Shown: piece after piece, positions 1 to 15,000 of the stretch | Position numbering within the stretch: position 1 is the first letter of the stretch | Layout: each line of letters opens with the position of its first letter | NCBI GenBank assembly: GCA_046563655.1 | Contig: CM102290.1 | Coordinates: 4,960,001 to 5,024,000 of the forward strand | DNA length: 64,000 nucleotides | From: Yuukianura sp. NJ FZ-2021 | Lineage: Eukaryota | Direction: 5' to 3' | Made by a program: the position numbers and the translations under genes | Notes under the pieces: generated by a model | The model's database searches: none | Told to the model about the DNA's origin: nothing | The model's input: the letters and a program-made list of their open reading frames with translations, nothing else

Positions 1-3000
1 TTGCCTTGAAGCAAAGCCATATTTTGTTATGTAATTCAAAATGTGATCAACAATTCGAGTAACCACCAGTTCAAAGACAGGGAGAGCCCAATTACAATTA
101 AAAATAGGTTTCTTAAACAAGGTTTTCAATTTCCATGAAGACAAGGAGGATGATGGATGGATGGGGAGGGGGTTCGAAGATTTGAAGACCCCCCGCTTTT
201 CCGGAAGTTTTTGAAAGAGGTCATGTTAGTATAAGAGTGGATGTAGTTTAAGTGTAATTGATTTCAAAGTAAACGGAGGGTAGCCCATACTTAATTTTAT
301 ACCCTAAAATTAGTATCCTCTTCCTAACCACCTCCCAAAATGCCACCGGGAAATTTCAAACCCAATTTTGAATTTTCAAAAAAGAATAAACCCACAACTT
401 ATCTTTGCACCGAACCACCAATCCTCCATATGCTCTGACCTTGTCATGTCATGTCACTATTTCTTACCATGCACATGACCACATGGCACGAGATAAAATT
501 TCGACGAAAAATTGAACAAACTCTAAACTGTTTTCCAAAAATTTTAGCAGACGGTACGGTTTGAGTTTGATGAGCTCTTAAATGTTGCATAACCTTTGAC
601 CCGCCTCCTTCGTTAGTCCAAGGTGCCACTTTGGCTTGACTTTTTCAAGGTGGAGAAAGTTTCAAGGTGGGCTTCGCAGTGGAGTAATTGATGCCTTTGG
701 TTTTCTTAACGTGATAAGGTCGTTATTGACACAGTGCGCGTAAAGAGGGTACGAAGGGATCCATCAATTACTTGTTAAGTGGGATCCTGGAGCAATTGGA
801 GCCCTTGACTCTGTCAATTACATCTTCAGAAGAGCAGTTATTACGAAAGGGATCTTCTCCACTTATCCACAATTACTTGGGAAATATATTTATTAGCATA
901 CTTTTCAACGAGGTGGCAATTTTCCATGGAAGACCTCCACCATTGATATGATCCTTCAAAAAAAATTCTTGCTAGTTTAAACATTTTTTTTTGACAATTT
1001 CAAGTTCCTAGAGTTCGAAGTGGTTGACAAATGACACAATAGGAGGAAATCATACCCAATTTTGTGTTATTTGACAATTTCAACCATTGAAGTAACACAC
1101 CCACATAAAAAACTAAATAGAAGCTTGACAATACGAAACCAAAAGGGGTGACATGCAATCAATGTCCATCCGAAATCAAATCTCCCGCCCTCCAGGACGC
1201 CATACTTTTTTACTTGTTGAGGCCTAGTTTGGCTCAAGGTTTTTGAACGCATAACTAGGAAGTTCAATTTATGAGAGGTCAGTTCCAGGAGGTGTGGCAG
1301 GCATCGTTGAACAAGAATTTTGAAAATTACTTTTACTCTTTGAAAATTTTCCCTCAATTCATGTGTCTGTCTAAAGCGAAAACGTTTTTAGAGGCGGTAA
1401 AGGTGACGTTAGCATCTCCATTTTATGTGCTCCTGTCTCTTTTGTCCCTTGTGATGCTTATATTTTCCAATGGATTTTTTTTTAATTTGTAACAAGAGTA
1501 ATGGAAATGCATGTTTAGGCCATAGGTTTCGGCTAGGAATTTTTCAGTGAATGACAAAATTGCGGGAACTTTGGAATGTAATTTGTTGTGGTTTCCGGGC
1601 GTTACGGCTTTTCTGGAGGAAGGGAGACACATTTCATGTGTCACACAAAACACAATGAATGTAATTTCCAGAGACTCCAAATTGGGAATTCGAATTCCCG
1701 GAACCTTATTGCTGAGGTCAATCTGAAGCCAATTTCCATATTATTGGCTTCTTTTGTCGGTTTGTCGAAAAGATTCAAAGGAAAACGTTCTGGAAGCCAA
1801 TAATTATGCCCAATTCCAAACCAGCCACTAATTCATCCTGCTTTTTCCCAAGAAGAAAAGACTAATCATGTAATATTGAAGTGGGCGGTACTGGTTTGTT
1901 GTCACGGTCTGTCCAATATATCAGTATCAAGCTTTTGGACTTGACGAAACTGTGACACGACTTCAGTGAGAGGCGATTTGAGCTTTCCCTCCATCCTCTT
2001 TGAATGTCACGCTTGTGGTCAATGTAGTATCACGAAATGTGTCACTGGCTACTTAGCCTTCCAATTTCAACTAGGAACGTCCGTTTCTTGTTTTTTCGTT
2101 TTTTTGAAAGTCTCCAATACTAAAGGACAACAACCATGGCATGAAACCGTCAGTTTCGGTGGATCCGGTGGTTGTGAAACCTTGATCCTCGGTCGCTGAA
2201 TGTAGAAGGGCAAGCCAAAGCCGTATTTTTGTCCTGGGAAAATCAATGGCTCCCTCACACACGCGTCACGCCATCAACCATCACTTCACTTGCGACTTTT
2301 CGAAACGATATTTCTGACGTCTCCTTAGACATTTTCAGATGCTACTAAATTACACCTTCCAGCCTATAAATGTCCATCAACCTTATGAAACTTTTTTTGG
2401 CAAGTGGGTTGACAACTTGTCAAAAAGAAGTCATTTATTATTTTACCAAGTTCCAATCAAAATCCATTTTGAATTTGGAGCGTGTTTTCTTTTGGCGTAG
2501 CGTAGGCAGAGTGTCATGTTGTATCGACGTCCCTAACGAAGATATCCGATAGGAATGTTTAAAAAACAGGAGTTCAACGTCGTTTTGTCGTTGACTGATC
2601 ATTGTCTGAGGTGAACCTGGATGTTCCGACAGAAGAGGAATTGTTAGGGTTGAGTAATTGTTGGATGTAAAGTGAATGGACATGTTCTGGAAGTAAGAAG
2701 ATTCGGTGGCCCTTGAACACTTCCCTCCAACCCCTTCTTCTGGATCATGAATACATAAGTCCTCAATGTGTTTCCCCCAGTTTTCGACATAATTATAAAA
2801 TTCCACCAGGGGGTAGGGACATTGGCGGTGCCGTTTGAGGAGCATCTTCCTCGTTCACCTTCGTCCAGGACATAGCCTAATAAAAATAACCTAATCCAAG
2901 GACCTCGGAGACAATGTCACTCTCCATTAGGACTCAGGCTGAACTCTCACTTGACCTCACCCTTTGTACAAATTGTACAACTTTTAAAACTCGGAGCACA

Positions 3001-6000
3001 AATAATCATGTCACAGAGACCGAATTCAATTGATCTTAAGGGTAACGGACCTCACGCGCCACCAGATTGAAAACATACTGTACTGCCTGATGCACAGTAT
3101 AATTTAAAAATGACGTAAGGGTTTGTCACCAGCAGTGTCATTCTACGATTCTTGAAAGGCGTAGGATTATTGGCCTTGAAGTTTTAATTCTGCTGCAGCG
3201 GCAATTTTTAAACATAATAAACTAAACGAAGGTTTGGTTCATCTCTCTTGTTATATGATTTCAGGTTGGAAATGTTGTGAATACATATTCAAAATATTTA
3301 CTACTTGCAAATAGACTTTTTAATGAAATTTTGAAAATCAGACTTTTGCGATTTTGTGTCCTTGGCGCATGCTCAAATAACTTAGGGAATTTTGTGAAGA
3401 ATTTGGAAGAAACGCGCAGTTTAAAAAAAATGATGGTGCGAGACAAAGTCTAACCTAACCAAGAACATAATTGAAAAACGTAAATTATTGAGGAAGGCCA
3501 TGAACCTGGACTGTATCTCCACGACCTCCAGTGTCCCTTGTCCCACAATTAATTCCGAGGGCCATGGACGAGTTGTGTCCTTGTGCCCGGAAGAATAGGC
3601 TCATTGAGTGGCATTGGGGCCTTAATTGTGGAGCCGGGTAATGTATGCTCCTCGGTCCACTTGTCATCCGCCCATGTCCATCCTTCGTCGTCTATCCGGA
3701 CCTGAATTATGGAGGAGCCTTGGCGGCCTCACTTTTCTCTGAGTGGGCTCTAATGAGCTTTAGCTTCAAGTCCTAAGCCTCATCAAACGAAATGGAACAA
3801 TTAAGACTGTTTGTAGAGACGACAAGGGGGCAGGGACGGATCTTTGTGGCGGAATGGCGCTCAAAGGGCCCGCTGTCTTCTCTGGAGACACCGAGCCCTT
3901 AAGTCCTCATCAAACATTTAAGTGCAAAACACACAGAAGACACGGATGTCAACACAAGGAACTTTCCGAGACGCTGGGACACTTCAAGTGTAACTCTATT
4001 TGGAATTGAATTTAAAATTTCGCTTTCTGCACATTTTAAGCTCAGGGTAAAAAAATTTCATTTTTGAACTTAAAAGTTTCTGTTTTCTTTTTCCATTTAA
4101 AATCCTGTGAAATATTTTCAATCGAATTTTTCCAAATTGGATTTCAGTTTTATTAGAAACGTCCTGGAAGACCCATTTGGTTGTCCATTGAAATTGTTTT
4201 TGTGAAGCCTTGTCGATTAGTTCTTGTTGTCAATTGTAGAATAAAGATTTGAATTACGGAGCTGCGGGGATCCTTACGTCTAAAGGACGTTGAGACTCCT
4301 TCTGAAGGCTGTGAAATCTTGTTTTGTGTTTGTGTTTTGTTTAAGGTGGATCCGATCTTGGCCTCTTGTAAATTGAAATACAAAAGACTGCGTCCCAAAC
4401 CTCCTTCCATTTTTCCATTCTTCCTTTGACAATGGAAATCCAATGCTCAATTACACTTAATCCGTCGTTAAAGCGGAGCAACCAGAAATACAGACAATGC
4501 ACAATGTGCAACATGAACCAGACGCCTTGAACCACACATATTTCCATGTCCAACGAACTTGTGCTTCTGTAGTTCGTTCATCTCAAATCAAGTGCAAAGA
4601 TTTCGTTAAGTTCAATTTTTATCGATATCAAAGCTTTTAGGCTATGCAACCACGGGAATTTCATTCGTAGAGAAAATCGAACCAAAGATTTTACGGATTT
4701 CAGTCCAATTCTTTTTTGGGTTTCTGAAAACAATGAAATTCAGAATAAGTAACGTTGAGTTTGAGGTGATTTAAGTTTAGAAGAGTTGAGGCATGTTGGA
4801 GGTACTTGAGTCCTAAACCCTTCAACATCTGTCAATTGAATGGAGGACCCACACTGTCTTGTGCTCTGAAGCCGTGAGGCATCCTGATTTGATCTCCCAG
4901 TGTAGAAATGATGGCTACAAAGCAGCTACAAACGGATATTTGTGTGATGAAGTCTTGATGATGATACCCTGTTTGATGAACATGGCCTGAAGCGGGAGTT
5001 TAATCCGAATTTTGAGCCACTCCTTCCATTTCCTTTGGTCCTTCAAGGGCTCCCACCCTCATTGACCCATTGTAAAGCTAAGCCCTTGGCTCAATTACAA
5101 TTTAGGATAAACAAGGCATTAAGGGCCCACTTCAGACAGGATTCAAAGTTCGAGTTTGGACTTTGTAAACCTAGGTCTTGTTACTAACCCTTGCTGTTGT
5201 GCACAATGTTTGAAAAATACCTTCATTCCAGGCTTCTTTTTTAAGTTGAGCAGAGTTTTGTTCAACAAACATTTCTTCCTTTTGTTCATTTCCCATTCTG
5301 AAATTCGAATATTTTCTTCACTTTAATAACCCGTTATTAAGGTTCAACAATTTGTGTCCAGTGCAAAAGGCGTGTGTTAGTCAAAACCGAATGGTTTCTT
5401 ATGTTTATGCTTTTCGTTTTGTGAGAAAGAAAGTGAACGTTGAACGCAAGGAGAAAGCATTTCGAAACACCATAAATTAGTCTTACGGTGGGCGGGAGAT
5501 TAATATCTTTTCTTTCTCCGTTTCGACACAAAACAAGAAAAGGGAAAGCGCAGAAACTCCTTAGTTAGTGCCAAATTTTTATAATTTTGAAAATGCAGAT
5601 TTTTGAAATTGGGTTCGTGTCGATGGCGCGGTGTATGATTGGATCTTACCATCCAAATTTAATCCCGTGGTGTCCAATGCTGCAGTATAGATTCAATTAA
5701 TTGGGTGCAGAGTGGGACTTTTGGCAGAGGGACTTAAGTGGATTTGGGTGAAAGGAGATCCTTGGTTAGGGTTAAGCTGTAAACCAAACTTATTTTCTGG
5801 AGAGAGACATGGGTTGAATAGGGAAAAAGTTCAGAAGGAAAAGGGACGCTGAGGCCTTTGGTGAGGTCTGTCAAAACACAAAACTGTTGTGTCAACAAAC
5901 TATTAACAAGATTACAATTGAAAAGGGCCAAATCTCAGTTTAGTTTAGTGTGTATTTGCCAGGGAAAATTCAAAAGAAAGGAGAGAAAGTGAGTTAGTTC

Positions 6001-9000
6001 AAGACAAGAGAGCTTGAGTTTTAAAGACGCTTCTAGAATTCCAAAAAGAAAGGTTTCTTTACAAAGGGAACTTAGACTCAACTATTTGAATAGGGTAAGA
6101 AGACCGTTGATTACTTCGCAACCTTCAATGTGTACTTTTTCAATTAAGGAACTTTCAGACTTCAAAGAACAGTTTTTTTTAAAGGAACCACGAATTACTT
6201 GGTAGAAACTTTATTCCATTCAGAAAATTCCATTTCGGAAAGAATAAAAAATGTTTCAAAATCACCATAAGTTTCAAAATAGTTGTGATTTTTAAAAATC
6301 TGAATAACCTTAACACCGATTGATTTTTTTATTTATATGCCCCGTAATTTTTTTTTTGAATCTAGAAAAACGCAAAAGCACAAAAAGTTTCTTCTTTTCC
6401 CCCACTGTTTTGTTTTTCTAAAATCGTTTTTGTTGTTGTTTTTTCGTAAACAAATTATACTGAACCCCTTTGGAGTGATTGACACTTGAGTTTGACTTAA
6501 GTCCCAGGGACCCTACTACCTCCATTGCTGTTCTTGGAATCGTTTAAGGTAATTCCTCGTCAGCTATTCCCCTCACTTGCGTTGTCTCGTTATCCAACTC
6601 CAATATTTTGACATTAATAAGCAGCTCTAAGTCAGGAGAGAAGAATGGAGCGTTCTGGTTTCCTTCAAGTCCAAAAATGGAGGGTCCAAGCCTTATGTGG
6701 TGGCCCTTAATGGGAGTGGTGGAGTCGATTGAATTATGGAGCCATGGGCACATGAACTTCACCTGGAATGAATCATGTCACCGGGAAAAAGTGCTCTCGG
6801 ACCCCTCCACGACCTCAATTTACTCCAACATCACTTCAGTATTTCTTTGTCTTTCTGCAAAGACTTGGAAGGGGTCCCTGCACAGGAACAAAATGTCACG
6901 CACAACCAAAGAAAAAGATCCTTAAGACAAAAGAGATTTGTTTGCGGTTTGTGAAGGAACAAGTTTGAAGTTTCGAGGGCACTTTATGCCTTGTTCACGG
7001 TAAGGTTCAAAGGGCCCCTTGTTTGGATTAATTTCAATCGAACAGCGTCTACGAGGTGCAGGGGCCATTTGAAGTTTGGAAATTTCAGTTCCCTTAACAT
7101 CGGTGGGAATAACTTGGATTTAGGACTTAAGGCGAAGGGTACTGGGAACGAAAAGGGAGTTGAACAAACGAACAGAACAAAACATGTAGGTTGAAGATCT
7201 TGTTTTTTCTGATTGTTTTTCTTGTATTTTGAAGTGGTTAAGGGGAGTCTGATGTTGGTAAATGATTGAAATGTACACAGACCTAAGAAGACATGACTCA
7301 CTAATTTATTGTCCAAATTCAAGACAAATGGATGCCGCCGAACTGCCACGGTTTTCATTTCAAACCGCTTTTTTTGTATTGCTTCCGTCTCAATTTTCGC
7401 AGGTTTTAAAATCCTTTGTTCAAAAAAATCTTCTTTTTTCATCAATTCAAAGTTTGAAAACCGTTCAAAAAAAATCAAAAAAAAATTGTTATTGCAACTC
7501 GCGTCAATCAGACGGTCGAAAAGTTTTTTGCGTTCACAAATTGACAACTTGATGAATAAATTTTTAAGATCCGAATTCAATCTTGAGCTTTCAAGTAATT
7601 GAACGGTGATGTCAGTCACCTGTGGTGATTGTTGATGCTTTAAGTCTGAAGGTTAACGTATGAATTAATGAACCTCATCTTCCATCCACAACCACAAAAG
7701 TTGTACGTTGTACTCTTAAGAAATGCCAACAAACATTGTTTCAAAAGTTTTGTGCAAACTTTAAAAGTGTTTTGTTTGGCTACCAGAAGTGAACACTTTC
7801 TGTGTGCAAACTTTTGCTAAAAATGACTTGCACTAAAATTAAAAGATTTCATTTTTTTTAGTTTGAAGTTGCAACTCATTGTTGCCAACATTGTAATAGC
7901 CGAATGTTAATAAAGATTAGTTTAAAATATTTTATTAATTGTCAATGTTGGGCTATTCTCAAGGTTAGCAAGTCCTTAACAATATTGCAGTAGATTGCTT
8001 AATCAATCAAATCAATCATCCGAGCTGTTATGTGACTCTCAAGCTATCAATTTTTATTTCATCACATTCCTATTTATTTTGCAAATGTTTTGGACAGCAA
8101 TTTCGTAAATTAGACACTACATAGCACAATGGGTGGGGATTATTAAGGCACTGTAGTGTTTTCAACTGCAGTGTTTCTTTTCCTTGGAAGAAAAAGTTTG
8201 AGTGACAGGCGACAGTTGGTAAGTAAAGGGAATGACGCATTTGAAGATTAATTACAACGTAGAGTTTTGACGTTGAGTCCAAGGGAAAATGGAGAGCAGC
8301 ATTTATACTATCCTCAAGGTCCGTGTTTACACGTCTGCAACAACCGTAGTAGTTTGGAGTTTGGACATTGCGCACTAATTTCTCGGAGTTTAAAATTTCG
8401 CGGAATAGCAATTAAGTTCAATTGCTTAATTGTCACATCGGTTAACTATTTTCTTGCAACCGCAACTGCAATTTGAGTGAGATGGGCGTACTAGCAGAAA
8501 ATTAAGGAAGAAAGAGAAGTGTGGAGGGGCTAGTTTTTTGAACTGAAACTGAAAAATGACGCTCTCGATGATTCGACGGTGGTAGCGTAATGGAGGAGGG
8601 ATTTCATGCTTCAGTTCCATCAACAAATTTCAAAATAGATGCAAATTTTCAATACTTATGGTCTTCAGGTTGCTTGTCTTCATTGTCGCCTCCGGAATCA
8701 TCAGTAAAAATTCTTATGGATTTTTTCATATGAAATTCCTCGACATGATTTTGTTTCATAGAATTCGACGAAACTTACACGACAAATTTGCCAAATGGCA
8801 AATGGCAAGCGAATTTTCAAAATAAGATTTAGAATTATTTTTAAAAAAAAAACCAGTCACAAGGCTAAACCAGCTTTTTCTCAGTTTACTATGTGTAACT
8901 CCGAATTCTAGAATAAATATCTGTGTTAGATTCTAGAAAATGTTTTCAAAATTTTATTCTGTAGAGTCTCCACAAAGTTTTCGTAAGCAGTTGTATTGGA

Positions 9001-12000
9001 TTTTTTTCTGAACGTTGTTTCGTAACTTGCAAATGGGAAATGGAGAAAGCAATAACATAAATGTTTCTTGAGGTTCGTAATTGAGGCAGAGCCTTTTGGG
9101 TAGTCCTCAAGGGACCCTTGTGAGTTCACGCTCCATTGTTGGTGTGTGGCTACGGTGAAGAAAACAAGTTGATTTCATTAGTGGAGATGCCAAAAGAATC
9201 AGCTCGCGTGTGACTTTGGCCATGCAATCCTTAGGTTTGGCTGGGTGGTATAATGCACGAAGAAGGGGGAGAAAGTCCTCCTGCCCGGCTAAAGAAAGGC
9301 AATTCAAATCCGAAAACCGAAAAAGCAGACTTGGACTTTGGTGAAAGTAAAAGTGGTAGCACAGAGTGGGGACCCAAAAGCCAGATAAGGTGACCTGTAA
9401 TTTCCTTAAATACCTTTCATGCAATCATATTATTTATATTTAATGCCTAAACCTTAATTGATCACGTCGATAGCACACATGCTAAGCCCCTACTTCCTTT
9501 ACTTTAACATTGAAAGCACAGGGCGTTTGTCTTTACGGTTGAGCTCTACCATTGCAGAATGGAGTCCTTCCAGGAACTTTCTCCAAGGAAGCCTCCTCGT
9601 AGTTTAGGTTAACCTAACACAAACCTAACCAAGTTGCAAGGGAAAGGGAACACAATCCAATTCCCTGCCACTTTCCATCGGTGCTCCTCCATTCACTTGA
9701 TTAAGTATTTATGCCTTTTATGGGCAAACAACGCCCAACTCCCACTCCCTACACGGTCCAAACTTACTCACTCCGACGGAAGGCAACAGTAAATACAATT
9801 ATGTCTTCCCACTTCCAAGCAGCGTCTAATAGTGGACACGCCTCAGGGTACACAACCACCACTTCAATTTCTCCCAAAATGGAACTTATGTTAGGATGAA
9901 TGGAAATGGGGCATTGTTTCTCCCTGGAACAGTCATTTGTTACGGTTTTCTAAAGTTCTCAACATAATTAAAAAACGAACTGGCTACATACTGGAAGCCA
10001 TTTTGAAAATTGACGACCTTACGTGACTGGACCACCCATCCGAACTATGCTGCGGCTGCTAGAGCTGTTTGAAGTGAGAAAGTTTGTAAAACCTTAGGTT
10101 AGGTGTGACAATTTGAGGTGCAAGAAATGGTTCGGTGAAATTTTTTTTAGAATTGTAACTAAAAATTTTCAAGTTTTTCCAGAACGATAAAATTAAAAAA
10201 AATACATGGCTAATTTTATAAAATTTTTGTAAATGATTTGAAAGTAAATCTCCTGAAGACAGTGACGTTGACACAGAGTAGGGCTCCCTGTTACCAAAGC
10301 GTTATTTCGTCAAGTTTTGAAAAAGTGGTTGTGCCACCCAAGGGCCCAGTGGTACTTGAGGTACTTTAGTACATAGCTTGCCAGTTGTGGAAATGGTGGA
10401 CAGATGGTCCAAAGTACTGGAAGCATAAGTGGGTAATATACTTGTCAGACTCTTCTGTGGAAAGCATGAATCCTGTTTGAAAATCATTCAGTTTGGACTA
10501 ACTCTCCTGGTCCTGCCTAATGATTATGATCACACCGTAATCATAAAGTTTACGAAAGCAAATAAGACATTGAACCAAAAGACTCCGCCCTATCCTGAGT
10601 CCCAGGGAAACTCATACTTTGACCTCCCTGGTCAAAGTCAAGGAGAATCCAGCACAATTACCAAGGACCACCAAATGTGTTTTCTTGAAGAGATGATGAT
10701 AGGTCTCCATTCATCATCCACATTCAACAACTCTCCAAACAAACAACTAATCAGAACCTATTGGCCATTTAGGCCAAGGATTGTTTTCTATTCTGCGCCT
10801 GCATTAGCCCATCACCTAAGACAGTCAAGTTTTTGCATGTTTTCTTCAAAAAATACTTTAGAAATTGACACTGATCGACATCAAATTTTGAAAAACTTGA
10901 AAAACAAAACGCCAACTTCTGTCAGAATTGAAACCTTTCTGCTTTCACAACTGAAACTTGAGAATTAGCAGGATATGTTCTTTTCCAAATCAACTCTAAA
11001 TTATTATTCCAATTTTTTTTTTGGTGAAAAAAATGCTGAAAAAAATGAGTCCATTCAACAATCATTTTTTTGAAATTGAGACCAAGTTCAATGGCCAATC
11101 AAATATGGATAGAGTTAGTGGATTTAGAATTCGTGATGCTCAAAAATCTGCAACAATTTTGAACTTCATCTCAATTCCGGAGGCTAATTACATGTTTCGA
11201 GCATACCTACTCAAATCAGCTCCAGATCTGCCTTTGAATTTTAATTTACCTCTACCCAATAATGGTTGACCTCATCTGCTGTTTTTTTTTACAAAAAGAA
11301 AATATTGATGACTTCATTTGATTTAAAATTGCCCCACACTCATTTTCGACTTCCCACGCAAAATAAGGGAAAAAATTCCGCTTTTTCGCAGTCCAACTTT
11401 GTTGTGCAGCTAAGACAACAAAAAAAAATTAACCAAAGTGCCGTGGTTCAACTGACAGTTCAGTGACACCGTGCGCTTTGACCCTTACGCGATTTCATGC
11501 TCAATTGAACCGCCCGACTTTGTTCGAAATCCAGAAAATGGAGAAAGTTTTAGCATAATTGAAATCTCTTACGGATGGGGGCATCCAAGTCCCAGACATC
11601 AAAATTGTCACGCAGAAATTATTAGAACTCTCATGCCCTTTGGTCTGCTTCAAATTCAAGTCAAGTTGTTTCAAAAAAAGCAAAACTAGCATGCAAGTCC
11701 CAACAGACGGAAGATTGTGTGAATCATGTGGATCATGCAATACTGTTTCCCATTCCTGGAGAATTGACTTGGCAGAGGTTCTAAGGTCATCGATGAGGAG
11801 TCAATTTGTCAATTGGATTTGGAAGCGTGCAGCATATCGAGTGGACACGCAGAGACAATTGGCAGAAAACTTTCTCTTTCAAGTGACACGAAGGGGTAGA
11901 ACAAAAGCGAAAAGTTCAGGATTTGTGTTGAGATTGGACTCGTGATTAGAGGTTGAGGTTGACCTTCCGTGGAACAATAAATTAAGATGGCAGGAGATGT

Positions 12001-15000
12001 TAGGGAGTTGTTACAATTGATAAATTAGAGTGTTGGTACTCAAAGGATAGACCTAAGCAGAGTAACAATTAGGGTAGGATCTGAGCATTGGAGTTTCCTT
12101 GTCGGTCCTTAAGGGTTTGACCTTATCTGACCAAGTCCTACTTCCTTCAAACTAAACTTCCCTGGGATCTAATGACGATTTTATGCAGGGCATAACTCAT
12201 TGTCTTCTTCAAAGGGTTGACAGAGACATTTCATCCAAGACAAAGGGCTCATCTTCAAGATTCAATCAAGGGCTCAATTGGAGGCTAAGGACACTCTTTT
12301 CAAACAGGCACTCCCAAGTCCCCTGTAAACCCACTGGGCATTTCAAAGTACCAGTAGGTTAGGTTAGTACATCGTTCCAAAGCAAAATTCGGGGGAAAAC
12401 GGCAAACAATTTTCAAAACAACTCTAAAATTCCTTCGATCTTCCTGCTGAATAAAATTAAAAAAATTAAAAAAAAAAAACATCAGCAGATTATTGAAGGT
12501 ACTTATAATTTTTGATTTGTTGGGAAGGGAACTGACATACGCTGTTGCCTCAAACGTCTTCTGGTCTTGACTCTGTGTCCTCATCATCTTCATCTTCCTG
12601 TGATCTTCATCTGCCGCCTGATAAAAGTACATAATGTAAATGTGAACATTGGAGACAAACATGGAGGAGATTGGACATTGTTGAGGACATTGTTATCCGT
12701 CCAGAATTTAAAACGGTTGTCATTGTCTGCCGCAACAGAGACGCCATGGCCCGTCATTCCCTAAGATCCAAAGATCTTTCATCTCGCATGTAATCATTAG
12801 AGGTGGGATCCACTTCCATGCTTCTCTTCCAGAAGACGTCCCACGGTCCAACTAACCCAACAATTGAACATTCGACGAATGAAAATGAAGTCATCCTCAT
12901 CACTACTGCCACTAACCGTTGGAATGGAAAAGTGTATCCACTTTTGGACTTGGACACCATCATCAATAAGCGTCACTTGGACACTGTGTTTTTTGAGACA
13001 CGGAGTCCCATCCATCATGACTCTTACATAAGAATAAATTAAAATCAATTTTTAAGAAATATGAAGAAATGAATTTTTTTTTCCAAGGTATGGACACCGG
13101 GAGTGGTGGAAACGTGTGTATTGATTGAGCATGTGCTCATTGATTCTCGCCTGTCCAAACGTATATAGTACCTATCCTTCCAGAACAATCAATTTGAAGT
13201 TCCCAATGAAAAACAAAGGAGACGAGAGGCGATTGGATTAGAAATAATTTAGTGTTGAGAAACGCTTTCCAGAAGCGTCGAGCAGAAGCATTTTAGGCTA
13301 ACTGAATTTTAAAAATTTACAAAGATTGCTACAAAAACGATTTTACTACAACCGCAAAATACTAATACATGGACACGAAAGCTGTCTTTTTTTTTACTTT
13401 ATTTAAACAGTTACGTTTTGGATGATTTATTTTTAATTTTGACTTCAAATTTTTGTACTCTTGCATTGCATTAAATATAATCGAATGCATATACAACTGT
13501 AGAATGAAGAATGCTTCTAGCGAACGAACTATTGAAAAATAATTTTTTAAGTTTTCGGATTTTAATTGACTTGTGTTGAACTTTGTGGTTTAATTGCCTC
13601 AATGTCTAAAGATGTTTAATGAATTAAGATATTTTTTGAAAAAGAAATAAAACAGAGGGAGGTCTTCGTAATGAGAAAGTCAAACACACTGGTATTGCGG
13701 TTGTTGGTGTTTAATTAAGTCTTCTGGTTCGTTGCAATCAATTTGAGAACAGCCCCACCATTCTTAATTTACTAGAGCAATCACTCAGTCCCACCTCTTT
13801 TCCTAGGGGTGGGGGTGGCACAATTTCATACGCTATTTGCACCTTCCCTAAGTAGTCAATTTAAATAATCTTAGAGGTGCGGCCAAAAAATAACTTCAAA
13901 GAAAGCAAAGTTTGTCGATACAACGCAAAAAGTCTCAGGCACTGTTCTGTGAAGCACATTTGCTAAGTATTTGCAATTTCAAAAAGTTTAGGTATTCTCT
14001 TCTTCGAAGTTTTTTTGCTTTTGTCTCCGCCTTCCCCAATTTATTGGCATTTCGTCCGAAAATTGACATAAAATTTGCAAGCTCAATCAACACTTTTTGC
14101 AATTTTGTGGGTTTGACCTCTAGAATAATTTGAAACTAATCTAGATATTTTCCAAAGTAATCAAAGGCTCTAGTTTTAAAAAATTCAGCAGCCGAGTAAT
14201 GAAAATGAGCATCGCAGCAAAACATTTTCTAAATGCCAGTAAATGTCGTTTTTTCGATAATTGGAAAGCCTTACTTTTGAGTTTCACAATTTGTCAAAAG
14301 AATTTACGAACGAACAGAAAAATGATAGAATGTTGTGAAACTAAAAAGAAATCCAGTGTCTGAAACAGCATCTGCAACGATTTCGTAATTCAAAAGCAGA
14401 CTTTAGAAACTATTCTTCGACGTCGACACGGGGAGTGTATGTAATTTCGAAAATCGTGCGTCAACGGGCGGGACCACCCTGTTTTCCAGTTAAAATACTT
14501 TTTGTTTAAACTCGTTTTTTTTTTAGAAAAGAGCTCCTAAGGACCACAGAGGCAATTCCTTAAGTACTCACAAGGACCAGCCTCCTCTCATGCACTGAGC
14601 CCATTATTGGCTCCCCTCTGGATCCAGAAGATCTCAATTATTAATCTCCTTGACCAGCATACACACGTGCTTCCAGAGGTTCCGGAGCCAACCAGCATAA
14701 GATGGACGCCATTGCATTGGACAAGACAGGAAAAATTTACATTTAAAAGACGCTCTGGAAGTGTCCAAGGCCCTTACGAGAGGACTGGCATTTTGTTGTC
14801 AATTGGAAATGGGAAGAGGGTGCGGGATTTGTCACCGAAAAGTGAACATTTGACTTTCACTTTCATGTTGGATTCTTCTCTGTCCGTGTTCTGTGTCACT
14901 TCCTTTTAGTCATATTGAAACTTCCTTTTCAAATCCATCCGCCTACACAAATTCCCTTCTTGATTCAATAAAAGTCTCCATTTCCAAATGGACGCAAAAG

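Noticed and set aside
6984..7619. 211-codon - strand ORF
   Set aside because: GTG start, K/F/L bias from A/T homopolymers, overlapping ORFs on the other strand and no recognisable domain.
10429..10968. 179-codon + strand ORF
   Set aside because: GTG start, no domain or convincing splice context; looks like chance openness.
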